A stretch of 64,000 bases of DNA from Patescibacteria group bacterium (GTDB taxonomy: Bacteria; Patescibacteriota; Patescibacteriia; UBA10025; JAHIVO01), in contig JAQULM010000001.1 of assembly GCA_028718605.1 (NCBI GenBank), positions 413,719 to 477,718 of the forward strand, written 5' to 3'. The position numbers and the translations under genes are program-made. Below, piece after piece: positions 57,001 to 64,000 of the stretch (its first letter is position 1; every line of letters starts with the position of its first letter). The notes beneath the pieces were generated by a model. It was given only the letters and a program-made list of their open reading frames with translations. It made no database searches and had not been told where the DNA came from.

Positions 57001-57212
57001 CCCTTCATGCGGAAATACCTTGAAACGATGTCCGATGCGGTATAACCCTCCGGATGGCCGACGTGGAGCCCCTGGGCTGACGGGTATGGAAACATGTCGA
57101 GCACATACCGCTTGTCAGGTCCAGCGGCGCCCGGAGCGGCAAACAGTTTCTCCTCGTTCCACCGGCGCTGCCATTTGCGCTCTATCTTTGCATGGTTATA
57201 TTTTTCTCGCAT
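54036..57212 (-). CDS. leuS: Leucine--tRNA ligase with an inserted HAM1/ITPase-like domain
   Basis: [60 protein letters not shown]; extra ~205 aa at 55884-56498. Confidence 0.97.
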   Translation of the reverse strand: MREKYNHAKIERKWQRRWNEEKLFAAPGAAGPDKRYVLDMFPYPSAQGLHVGHPEGYTASDIVSRYFRMKGFPVLHPMGFDSFGLPAENYAIKTGTHPAVTTAKNIRNMRKQIKSLGFSYDWDREVITSDPSYYQWTQWIFLQLFKHGLAYESYAPINWCPSCKTGLANEEVVAGTCERCGTEVTKKSIKQWLVKITDERYIERLLHGLDKLDWPENIKLLQKNWIGRSEGAEVDFSVAPHPRVLAATTNPSKVVRFKKLLASIGTAPDLVTPADEHIKTIEVHEDGNLRENAEAKARAYFGKTKLPVLAVDTGLYIDGETHDPAMVRRTALGGKDESQLSRKQIMEHIIRHYSSVAKKHGGKVNAYWIDCFALVTPDGTVRFAEARRDIILTDTLHKPVDPHFPMRSLYINVATNKRPVDETEHEEVNIELKPVKDALSKLLCPVIRVFTTRPDTLFGATYMVLSPEHELVGSITTPDQKQAVEKYQTSAAKKSDLDRTDLAKEKTGVFTGAYAINPVNGAKIPIWIADYVLRSYGTGAIMAVPAHDERDAFFAEKYHLKFRHVILPKTYSQTQHYWEIFAHDAEITTQEAFRYDYQQICEGKEVPFAYTGEGTMINSGKYDGMDSVEFKKVITAWLQRQGKGKTAVNYKLRDWVFSRQRYWGEPIPIVHCEKCGHVAVPEKHLPVKLPNVKKYKPTGTGESPLAAIATWVNVKCPQCGGPAKRETNTMPQWAGSNWYWLRYCDPHNDKKLADPEKLKQWLPVDLYIGGAEHAVLHLLYARFIYKFLCDIEVIPKEFVKKNGDEPFIKLKNQGLILGEDGQKMSKSRGNVVNPDDVIKKFGADAMRMYEMFMGPFEDVKPWNTKGLIGMTRFLDRVWEWSLFLIEWYKDNPQAKNLHHGIVRQLHITIKKISEDIENFKFNTAIAQLMTYIKKVIVVNGQSYEGQSLLKREEFEIFLKLMSPFAPHIAEELWERLGHQKSIMYEQWPLYDEAKVQDEQVKFVVQVNGKVRDIVIARPDATVDQVRALALKSPKVRKYVATEPKKVVFVPGRLINFVV

Positions 57213-57470
57213 AGGTACACTAATACTATCACTCCGGGGGGTTCATTTTCAAGGGACAAAAACTTCGTCCGAACGAGTATATGATGGTGTCTTACGGCCG
57301 GCGCTTGACGCATGCCGTATGCCGTGATACTCTTTGTACTGTTTCACATTTCTACTCTACGCAGTATGTTTCGATAGTATGATGCGTAGATTTTTAAATA
57401 CCTAACCACCACCAATATTTCAGTACGGATCAAATCATTCTTAATCGGTATTCTCCTCGGGACGCTGAAA

Positions 57471-58748
57471 GTGATTATCACAATCGGGAGCGTGATTGAA
57501 TCAATCCTAGCGGGCATCGTGAAGCCGCTCCGTGGGATTGCCCGGTTTATATTCCAGCACAACCTGGTTCCGCTCTACCGCGTATACTTAAATGCAAAAA
57601 AGGTTTTCGCCACAATCTTTGCGCCGGCGAAAAACAAAATCATATACCCGCTCCTCAGCAAATCGACGATCCACGTTGTTATCGCGGTACTCGCGGTAGC
57701 CGTCATCGCAAACAACGTATTCGTCAAAGAAACTCGCGCAGAAGAATTTGGCCAGAAAACAATCCTCGCATCCATGATAACCGATACCCAGGATGCTGAT
57801 ATTGTCGAAGGCGCAATTACGGCCCAGGTGAAGGAAGCGAACTACTATCGCGACTCAGGCGTTGTACCGCTCGTCGGGCAATTCTCGCTCGACCAAACAA
57901 TCACTGGCGGAGAAGGGAACGACGAAATTCTCACGTCAGAAAGCAGTGCTGCGGTCGTGAAGCCCAACATCGCCCAGACGAAAATCGGCCAACGCCCCCG
58001 CGAACAAGTCGTATACTATATCGTTGAAGGAGGCGATACCGTCAGCTCAATCGCTCAAAAATTCGGGATCTCAACGAATACGATCCTCTGGGAAAATAAG
58101 CTCGGGCCACGGGATTACATCAAGCCGGGGAACAAACTTACGATTCTTCCTGCTTCAGGCGTTTCCCACCAGGTGCAGTCCGGAGATACCGTGGATAAAA
58201 TTGCGAAAAAATACAAAGTTGACGCAAACTCAATCCTGGAATACAACAAGCTTGCCGACGCCTCTGCCATTGAAAAGGACCAAATTCTACTCATCCCGGG
58301 AGGCACGATTGAAGCGCCAGTCGTTGTACCGTCGAACAATTATGGATCAACGCAATACAGCGGCAGCATCCCGGCAAACGCCACTCCGAGCGGAACGAAG
58401 CTGCAGTGGCCGACAACCGGGCATAAGATAAACCAGTATTACAAGTGGCGCCACCTCGCAATCGACATCGGTGGTAACTATAGCTCACCGCTCTATGCGG
58501 CAGATGACGGCCGTGTTGAAGCGTCTGGCTGGGGAACCGGCTATGGAAACCGCGTCATTGTCAACCATGGAAATGGGATAAAAACACTATATGCCCACGC
58601 GTCAAAACTCTTTGTCAACGTTGGTGACTCAGTCAAGCGCGGCCAAACAATCGGCATGATGGGATGCACCGGGTGGTGCACCGGCCCCCATATACACTTC
58701 GAGGTGATCGTCAACGGAAGCAAAGTCAACCCGCTTTCCTATCTTTAG
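57471..58748 (+). CDS. LysM-domain M23 family peptidase (start uncertain)
   Basis: TM segment, two LysM repeats (YIVEGGDTVSSIAQKF, HQVQSGDTVDKIAKKY), M23 motifs HLAID, YAH, TGPHIHFEV. Confidence 0.93.
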   Translation: MIITIGSVIESILAGIVKPLRGIARFIFQHNLVPLYRVYLNAKKVFATIFAPAKNKIIYPLLSKSTIHVVIAVLAVAVIANNVFVKETRAEEFGQKTILASMITDTQDADIVEGAITAQVKEANYYRDSGVVPLVGQFSLDQTITGGEGNDEILTSESSAAVVKPNIAQTKIGQRPREQVVYYIVEGGDTVSSIAQKFGISTNTILWENKLGPRDYIKPGNKLTILPASGVSHQVQSGDTVDKIAKKYKVDANSILEYNKLADASAIEKDQILLIPGGTIEAPVVVPSNNYGSTQYSGSIPANATPSGTKLQWPTTGHKINQYYKWRHLAIDIGGNYSSPLYAADDGRVEASGWGTGYGNRVIVNHGNGIKTLYAHASKLFVNVGDSVKRGQTIGMMGCTGWCTGPHIHFEVIVNGSKVNPLSYL

Positions 58749-58771
58749 TCGGTAACACAATAATTTTTTTG

Positions 58772-58803
58772 AAAAAACAGGCCCTCCCTCTGGAGGGCCT
58801 GTT
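58772..58803. terminator. Intrinsic terminator between convergent genes
   Basis: AACAGGCCCTCC-ctct-GGAGGGCCTGTT perfect stem; A-tract on the left gives a U-tail on the minus strand. Confidence 0.8.
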
Positions 58804-58842
58804 CATATGTATCAGTACAATAAACGCTTGTTCAGCGCCAGG

Positions 58843-59676
58843 CTATTTCCGCGTCGCGATCGTACTCCTGATCTTTTCAATTATTTCATCGATTGTGAAA
58901 TTCGATTTGATCAGATAATCATCCGCACCCAGCGCCCGCCCCTTTTCAACATCGGCTTCTTGGCCTAAATTTGAAAGTAAAATAATAGGGATCTTCGCGA
59001 CATCCATCCGCACATTCGTTCGGACCCTCTTCAAGATCTCAAATCCGTCAATTCCCGGCAGGATGATATCGAGAAGGACGACATCTGGCTGTTCCTTGGT
59101 AATCTTTTCGATCCCACCTGGCCCGTCAATGGCAGCAACGACATCAAAGTTTTCTTTTTCAAGTTTAGTCGTCAGTAAATCACGGAGAAACTGGTCGTCC
59201 TCAACGAGAAGCACTTTTGCTTCGGCGTTTGCCTTCTTCTGCGGATGCTGCTGTGGCTCCGGGGAGGCGGGTGCCGGTGGCTGGTTCGCTGCTGACGCAT
59301 GCCGTGCCCCGAGGAGGCTCTCAACTTTATTAATGACTTCGTCGGGGGTGAACTGGGCCTTCACGATATAATCGCGCGCCCCGAGGGTCAGCGCCTTATC
59401 GATCTCGACGGGCTGGCCTGAGTTCGAAATAATGATAACCGGTGGCATCTTGCTTTTCCCGTATTTCCGCTGAAGCTCATCAAGCACCTCGTAACCATTC
59501 ATCTTCGGCATGACGATATCGAGCAATACGAGGTCCGGAGCCGACCGCTCTAATTCTGCCAAGCCCTGCTCCCCGTCTGAGGCTGAAAAAACCACATACC
59601 CCTCCTGTTCGAGCTTTTTGGTCAAAACCTCGATCAGGATACGCTCGTCTTCAATGATGAGTATTTTTTCCTTCAT
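58843..59676 (-). CDS. Response regulator made of two receiver domains with no output domain
   Basis: KILIIEDE...LLDIVMPKMNG...IISN...YIVK, Pro-rich linker, KVLLVEDD...LLDIILPGIDG...LLSN...YLIK. Confidence 0.92.
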   Translation of the reverse strand: MKEKILIIEDERILIEVLTKKLEQEGYVVFSASDGEQGLAELERSAPDLVLLDIVMPKMNGYEVLDELQRKYGKSKMPPVIIISNSGQPVEIDKALTLGARDYIVKAQFTPDEVINKVESLLGARHASAANQPPAPASPEPQQHPQKKANAEAKVLLVEDDQFLRDLLTTKLEKENFDVVAAIDGPGGIEKITKEQPDVVLLDIILPGIDGFEILKRVRTNVRMDVAKIPIILLSNLGQEADVEKGRALGADDYLIKSNFTIDEIIEKIRSTIATRK

Positions 59677-59696
59677 AAACGTAGTAAAAGTGGATA

Positions 59697-60401
59697 TTAT
59701 TCGGTTTTGCTCTCCTCGTATCGAGCGCCCCTCTTATATATAACACCAAAAAAGATGATTAGGAAAGACAGGAGGGAAAGAATATCAGAAACCAGCGCGA
59801 CAATACGCGTCGTCGCTGAGTAATAGGTGAACGCGGTAACGGTGAGGAACACGAGGCCGATGGCGATAATCGTGGACCGTTTGCGGACAATCTGGTCCTG
59901 CGAACGGAATCCCTGGAAGAAAAAGTATACCGCGCTCGGCAAGAGCACGCCTGCAAAAACCAGTACGCTCACAATACTGACGCTTATATGAATGTTCCAG
60001 TTGGTAATGCTCGTCACTGGGTCATACTCCGGGTATCCGAAATACATGATGCTCAGGAGGACGCCAATGGCTGAAATAAAAACAACAAGCCAGAAAATCC
60101 GCTGCGCCCATTGGACTTTCACAAAAAACATCGTCACCTTCGCAAAAAACGCGACCGCAAGAAAAAGGAATGCCTGGGCGATAACAAAACCGATTCCAAC
60201 CGTCAAACTATCTTCAGGCACGGCAATCCGCGGAACCGAGAAAAAAAGATACGAAACGACCAACGATAAATACCCTTGCGCGAAAAAACGGAGGACAGGC
60301 CGGCCAGGCTCACGCTGGAAAGAACGAAACAGCAAAAAACTGCAGATGCCACAAATGACGCTGTTCAAGAAATCAATAATTGGAGTGATTGGCAAGCCCA
60401 T
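59697..60401 (-). CDS. Seven-TM membrane protein (possible sensor module)
   Basis: ~7 hydrophobic helices; located between the histidine kinase and the response regulator. Confidence 0.7.
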   Translation of the reverse strand: MGLPITPIIDFLNSVICGICSFLLFRSFQREPGRPVLRFFAQGYLSLVVSYLFFSVPRIAVPEDSLTVGIGFVIAQAFLFLAVAFFAKVTMFFVKVQWAQRIFWLVVFISAIGVLLSIMYFGYPEYDPVTSITNWNIHISVSIVSVLVFAGVLLPSAVYFFFQGFRSQDQIVRKRSTIIAIGLVFLTVTAFTYYSATTRIVALVSDILSLLSFLIIFFGVIYKRGARYEESKTE

Positions 60402-60404
60402 ACC

Positions 60405-61931
60405 CTACATGCTCTTAATAAAATGCTCAAATGATGACCCGCGGTTCTCGGCCTGCTGGATCGGTAGGGAGAAGAAAAACGTCGTACCCTTCCCCTCCGC
60501 GCTCTCGAACCACACCTCACCGCGATGCTTCTCGATGATATTTTTCACGATAAATAAACCGAGCCCAGAGCCGTCAGTCTGCATTCGAATCACATTATCA
60601 GCACGGAAAAACTTCGAAAAAATTCTTCCCTGCTGGGACGGGGGGATCCCGACTCCGTTATCCGCAATACTGCACACCACGCGGTTTTCCTCTGCCCACA
60701 GCGTCGTGGTCACCTTGCCCCCAGACTGCGTATATTTCACTGCATTATCAAGCAAATTCTGGATCACGAGATGTATTTTCTGCGGATCAATGTTCACGCG
60801 CGGCAGCGGCTCGCCGGACTTATGATACACGAGTTTAATATTACGTTTCGCATAGACATTCATCATCTCCTGCCGGACGCTCTCAATAACTTCCTCGAGG
60901 GACATGTGCACGAAACGGTACTGGAACCTCCCTTCTTCGATACGCGATACGTTGAGGAGGTCATTAATCAGGAAAATCATGCGCTCATTCGTCTCATACC
61001 CCTTGCCGATCATCTCGCGCTGCTGGTCATTGAGGGGCCCGAGGTCTCCATCGAGAATCATTTTCAATACCCACTTCGTCGCTGAGAGCGGTGTCCGCAT
61101 CTGGTGGGAAGCAACGGATATAAACTCAGTTTTCATCTGATCAACTTCCTTCAGGCGCCGGTTGACTTTCGAATAAATTTTATTCAATCGCGCGAGTTCC
61201 TGGTTCGCCTTCAAGAGCTCGTCTTCCACGGTACCCAAGCTGCGCACGACATAGCCGCTCCGATACGTACTGATGCCCATCAGGCAAAGGGTGGTAATGG
61301 AAACCGCAAACAGGTACGTCTCGTTGCGGTAGAGCGTCTCACGCAAGACACCAACCGCATTGTGGGGCAAGATACCTCGATACTCAAGAACGACTATCGT
61401 AGTAAACACAATCCCGCCAAATACCAGGTTCAGGGGGCCGGCGATTCTGCTGAAGTGTACATTGGTACCGACGAGCTGGAGGATGTACAAGGGAAGAAAC
61501 ACGCTCTCGATGCCTCCCGTCGCATGGACAATCACTGAAATAATGATCATGTCCAGAAAAATGCCGATATACGGCCAAAATTTCGGGTAATAGATCGTGC
61601 TGTAGACGAGGCTCGAGGTCAGGTTGAAAATAAAGGCGATAGTCGCCGCGATTAGTATGCCGATGAGGTCAAACTGAAAACCGAACTCATAGCACAGGAG
61701 TGAAATGAGGCATACGACGGTTATCATGATATACCGCACTGCGACAGACCACCGCAGACGCTTCAGCTTCTCTTCCTTGCCCAAACGAAGCACTTCCCGG
61801 GCTGCGACTGCTTCATTGTACCGGGCCGCGGCACTCTGCACGCCCTCTGATTCATCGATACTTTCACTCTCAGGCGTTCGCTCAATTCCAGCTGCTGCAG
61901 TTTGTTTTTTTTCATCCATTGCCCTGTCCAT
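60405..61931 (-). CDS. Membrane sensor histidine kinase
   Basis: N-terminal TM helices; H-box EFISVASHQMRTPL, N-box NLLDNAVKYT, G boxes DNGVGI, FSKFFR, GSGLGL, GKGTTF. Confidence 0.95.
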   Translation of the reverse strand: MDRAMDEKKQTAAAGIERTPESESIDESEGVQSAAARYNEAVAAREVLRLGKEEKLKRLRWSVAVRYIMITVVCLISLLCYEFGFQFDLIGILIAATIAFIFNLTSSLVYSTIYYPKFWPYIGIFLDMIIISVIVHATGGIESVFLPLYILQLVGTNVHFSRIAGPLNLVFGGIVFTTIVVLEYRGILPHNAVGVLRETLYRNETYLFAVSITTLCLMGISTYRSGYVVRSLGTVEDELLKANQELARLNKIYSKVNRRLKEVDQMKTEFISVASHQMRTPLSATKWVLKMILDGDLGPLNDQQREMIGKGYETNERMIFLINDLLNVSRIEEGRFQYRFVHMSLEEVIESVRQEMMNVYAKRNIKLVYHKSGEPLPRVNIDPQKIHLVIQNLLDNAVKYTQSGGKVTTTLWAEENRVVCSIADNGVGIPPSQQGRIFSKFFRADNVIRMQTDGSGLGLFIVKNIIEKHRGEVWFESAEGKGTTFFFSLPIQQAENRGSSFEHFIKSM

Positions 61932-62053
61932 CAATGCTCAAAACGTGCTTCTATTCTACCATTTTGTTCGGACTCGCTCAAGCAATCGCGTATATAATAC
62001 AAACCCGGGCAGGGAGGTCCCGGGTTGGTTAAGAGAGTTGTGGCGTGATGTAA

Positions 62054-62587
62054 TCACGACGTAACGTGTTGTTGCAGCACACGCCTCGTCCCGAGATAGC
62101 TCGAGACAAGCACGATAGCAACAACGAGGGCTACGGCGCTTCCCATTCCTGACAGATTCACGGTGTACCCTTTCGGAAGGTACCAGACGAGCCAAATGCC
62201 TGCCATACAGGCTGCAACCAGGCTGAGGTACAATCCGATCGCTCGAACTTCGCCGATCCACCAGCAGCGCTGCCTGAAAATGCTCTGCAGATACTCAGCA
62301 CAAGTTTCCTCGCACACGTAGACGGTCATCGTATAATTGGCCCACAGGATCCCAAACGATCCGATAACCATCAAGTACGTTGCTTTCGTGTTGGTGAACA
62401 ACTGCGCTTCCACAAAAGCAACAGCTGTGCCGAACAACAGCAGTAAGAGAGCATACCGGCGGTTTCTGAAAAAACCTACAACAGTAACAACGATGAACAG
62501 GAACAACCAGACGATTAACTCGCCGATTCCGATGTCATCCGATTCTGGATCCCCCGGATCCTCAGTGGCTAACCGGCCATCTTCCAT
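62054..62587 (-). CDS. Hypothetical membrane protein
   Basis: GGAGG SD upstream; ~5 TM helices. Confidence 0.7.
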   Translation of the reverse strand: MEDGRLATEDPGDPESDDIGIGELIVWLFLFIVVTVVGFFRNRRYALLLLLFGTAVAFVEAQLFTNTKATYLMVIGSFGILWANYTMTVYVCEETCAEYLQSIFRQRCWWIGEVRAIGLYLSLVAACMAGIWLVWYLPKGYTVNLSGMGSAVALVVAIVLVSSYLGTRRVLQQHVTS

Positions 62588-62693
62588 GATTCCTCCACGG
62601 TTTTCTATCTAGGGTTTACAATTTTCATTCTCGATGAACGATGTCTGTATATATATTTGATGATTGCCACATTACTCCCGCGAAGAGAGAATG

Positions 62694-64000
62694 TCAACCT
62701 GCCTGCGACCGGTACTGGAGTGCCTCAGCGACAGCGGCGGCTGAAATCAATTCCTCGGAACTGATGTCCGCGATTGTCCGGGCAACCTTAATGATCCGAT
62801 GGTACGTTCGTCCGGACAAATAAAAATGGTTCACAGCATCTTTGAGCAGCGCTTCGGCTTCGGACGTTAATCTACAAAACTCCCCGATGTGCCGCACCGA
62901 CATTTCTGCGTTGACGACCAGGTGTGCCTGCAACAGCCGATCGCGCTGGATATCCCGCGCACGCACGACCCGCTCGCGGATGCGCTCTGATGTTTCACCC
63001 GCGCTGCTCGCTGCGATTTTCTCATAGGGCAACCGCGGAACATGGATATGGATATCGATCCGGTCCAGGAGCGGGCCTGATATTTTTTTCTGGTATTTCA
63101 GGATATTCTGAGGCGAACACGTACAGGCGCGCTGTGGATCGTTATAGTAGCCGCACGGGCACGGGTTGCGCGCCGCGATGAGCGTAAACCGCGCGGGAAA
63201 CTGGACAGACCCCGCAGCCCGCGACACCGTAATACGGCCATCTTCCAATGGCTGGCGCAAACTCTCGAGCACGTGCCGTGAAAATTCAGCAAATTCGTCG
63301 AGGAATAGAACGCCGCGGTGTGCGAGCGACACCTCCCCGGGCTTCGGGAAGCTCCCGCCGCCGACCAACGCGACTGATGACGTCGTATGGTGGGGCGAAC
63401 GGAACGGCCGCTGCTCGATGATTGACGCTGAATCCAGCAACAAGCCTGCGACAGAATAAATCTTGGTCACTTCAAGCGACTCATCAAACTGCATTGGCGG
63501 AAAAATGCTCGGCATTGTCCGTGCAAGCAATGTCTTGCCTGAGCCCGGCGGCCCGGTCATCAGCACATTGTGCCCGCCGGCAGCAGCAATCTCGAGCGCG
63601 CGCTTGGCTTGCTCCTGCCCGCGGATGAATGCCATATCCTGGGAGCATTCAGCGGCAGGGGTATATTTTGAGGGCGGGGACGTATATGGTTGGATGGGAT
63701 CGCCGCCACGCAAATGGAAAACAAGCTGCGACAAGCTTCGCACCGGGTACACCATGATGCCATGAACCAACGCCGCTTCTGCTGCATTGCGTTCGGGCAC
63801 GTAGAATTCACGAATACGCTGTTCTTTCACGAGTGCCGCGATCGACAGCACGCCGCTGACCGGCCGTACCGTACCGTCGAGCGACAATTCACCGATAAAT
63901 AATTTCCCCTTCAACGGCTGGCGAGTACCGATCTCGCCATACGCGGCGATAATGGCGACCGCTATGGGCAGATCGTAACTTGGTCCCTCTTTTCGCAGGT
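62694..64000 (-). CDS. comM: YifB/ComM Mg-chelatase-like AAA+ ATPase (5' end outside window)
   Basis: GELSLDG, IRGQEQAKRALEIAAAGGHN, GPPGSGKT, RPFRSPHH, GEVSLAHRGVLFLDE, NPCPCG, SGPLLDRID. Confidence 0.95.
   Translation of the reverse strand, partial: LRKEGPSYDLPIAVAIIAAYGEIGTRQPLKGKLFIGELSLDGTVRPVSGVLSIAALVKEQRIREFYVPERNAAEAALVHGIMVYPVRSLSQLVFHLRGGDPIQPYTSPPSKYTPAAECSQDMAFIRGQEQAKRALEIAAAGGHNVLMTGPPGSGKTLLARTMPSIFPPMQFDESLEVTKIYSVAGLLLDSASIIEQRPFRSPHHTTSSVALVGGGSFPKPGEVSLAHRGVLFLDEFAEFSRHVLESLRQPLEDGRITVSRAAGSVQFPARFTLIAARNPCPCGYYNDPQRACTCSPQNILKYQKKISGPLLDRIDIHIHVPRLPYEKIAASSAGETSERIRERVVRARDIQRDRLLQAHLVVNAEMSVRHIGEFCRLTSEAEALLKDAVNHFYLSGRTYHRIIKVARTIADISSEELISAAAVAEALQYRSQAG

Noticed and set aside
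57213-57470. T-box, riboswitch or tRNA upstream of leuS
   Set aside because: No T-box consensus, cloverleaf or terminator/antiterminator pair was recognisable.

Overview
This is chromosomal DNA from what is most likely a Patescibacteria (CPR) genome. That is inferred from the PrgI/VirB4/VirB6/VirB2-pilin cluster, the giant Cys-rich surface protein, N/T-rich membrane linkers and very short leaders; TGA is used as a stop. Housekeeping genes flank the window: recG and radA on the left; rsmA, an MFS transporter, tsaC, leuS, a LysM-M23 peptidase, a two-component module and comM on the right. Between them is a minus-strand T4SS-like/surface-protein locus (2-11 kb and 30-51 kb) interrupted by an ~18.5 kb phosphotransfer island (11.2-29.8 kb). 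The island encodes one stand-alone PEP-synthase-type ATP-grasp subunit, one miniature degenerate ATP-grasp protein and six diverged ~510-540 aa proteins. Each of the six has a helical putative substrate-binding region and a C-terminal phospho-His swivel domain but no ATP-binding domain. The island also holds a truncated seventh copy, four histidine-phosphatase-fold proteins, two HAD hydrolases and an APH-like kinase fragment. It looks like a split, modular dikinase system related to rifampicin phosphotransferase and phenylphosphate synthase: a shared ATP subunit, many interchangeable acceptor subunits and counteracting phosphatases. This is the best candidate for an undescribed system. Other notable items are a HAM1/ITPase-like domain inserted in LeuRS, a pilin-lytic transglycosylase fusion, a soluble paralog of the VirB6-like protein's tail, and a dockerin-bearing 3589-aa protein. 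I saw no rRNA, tRNA, CRISPR array or transposase. All assignments come from reading motifs by eye; no database searches were run.
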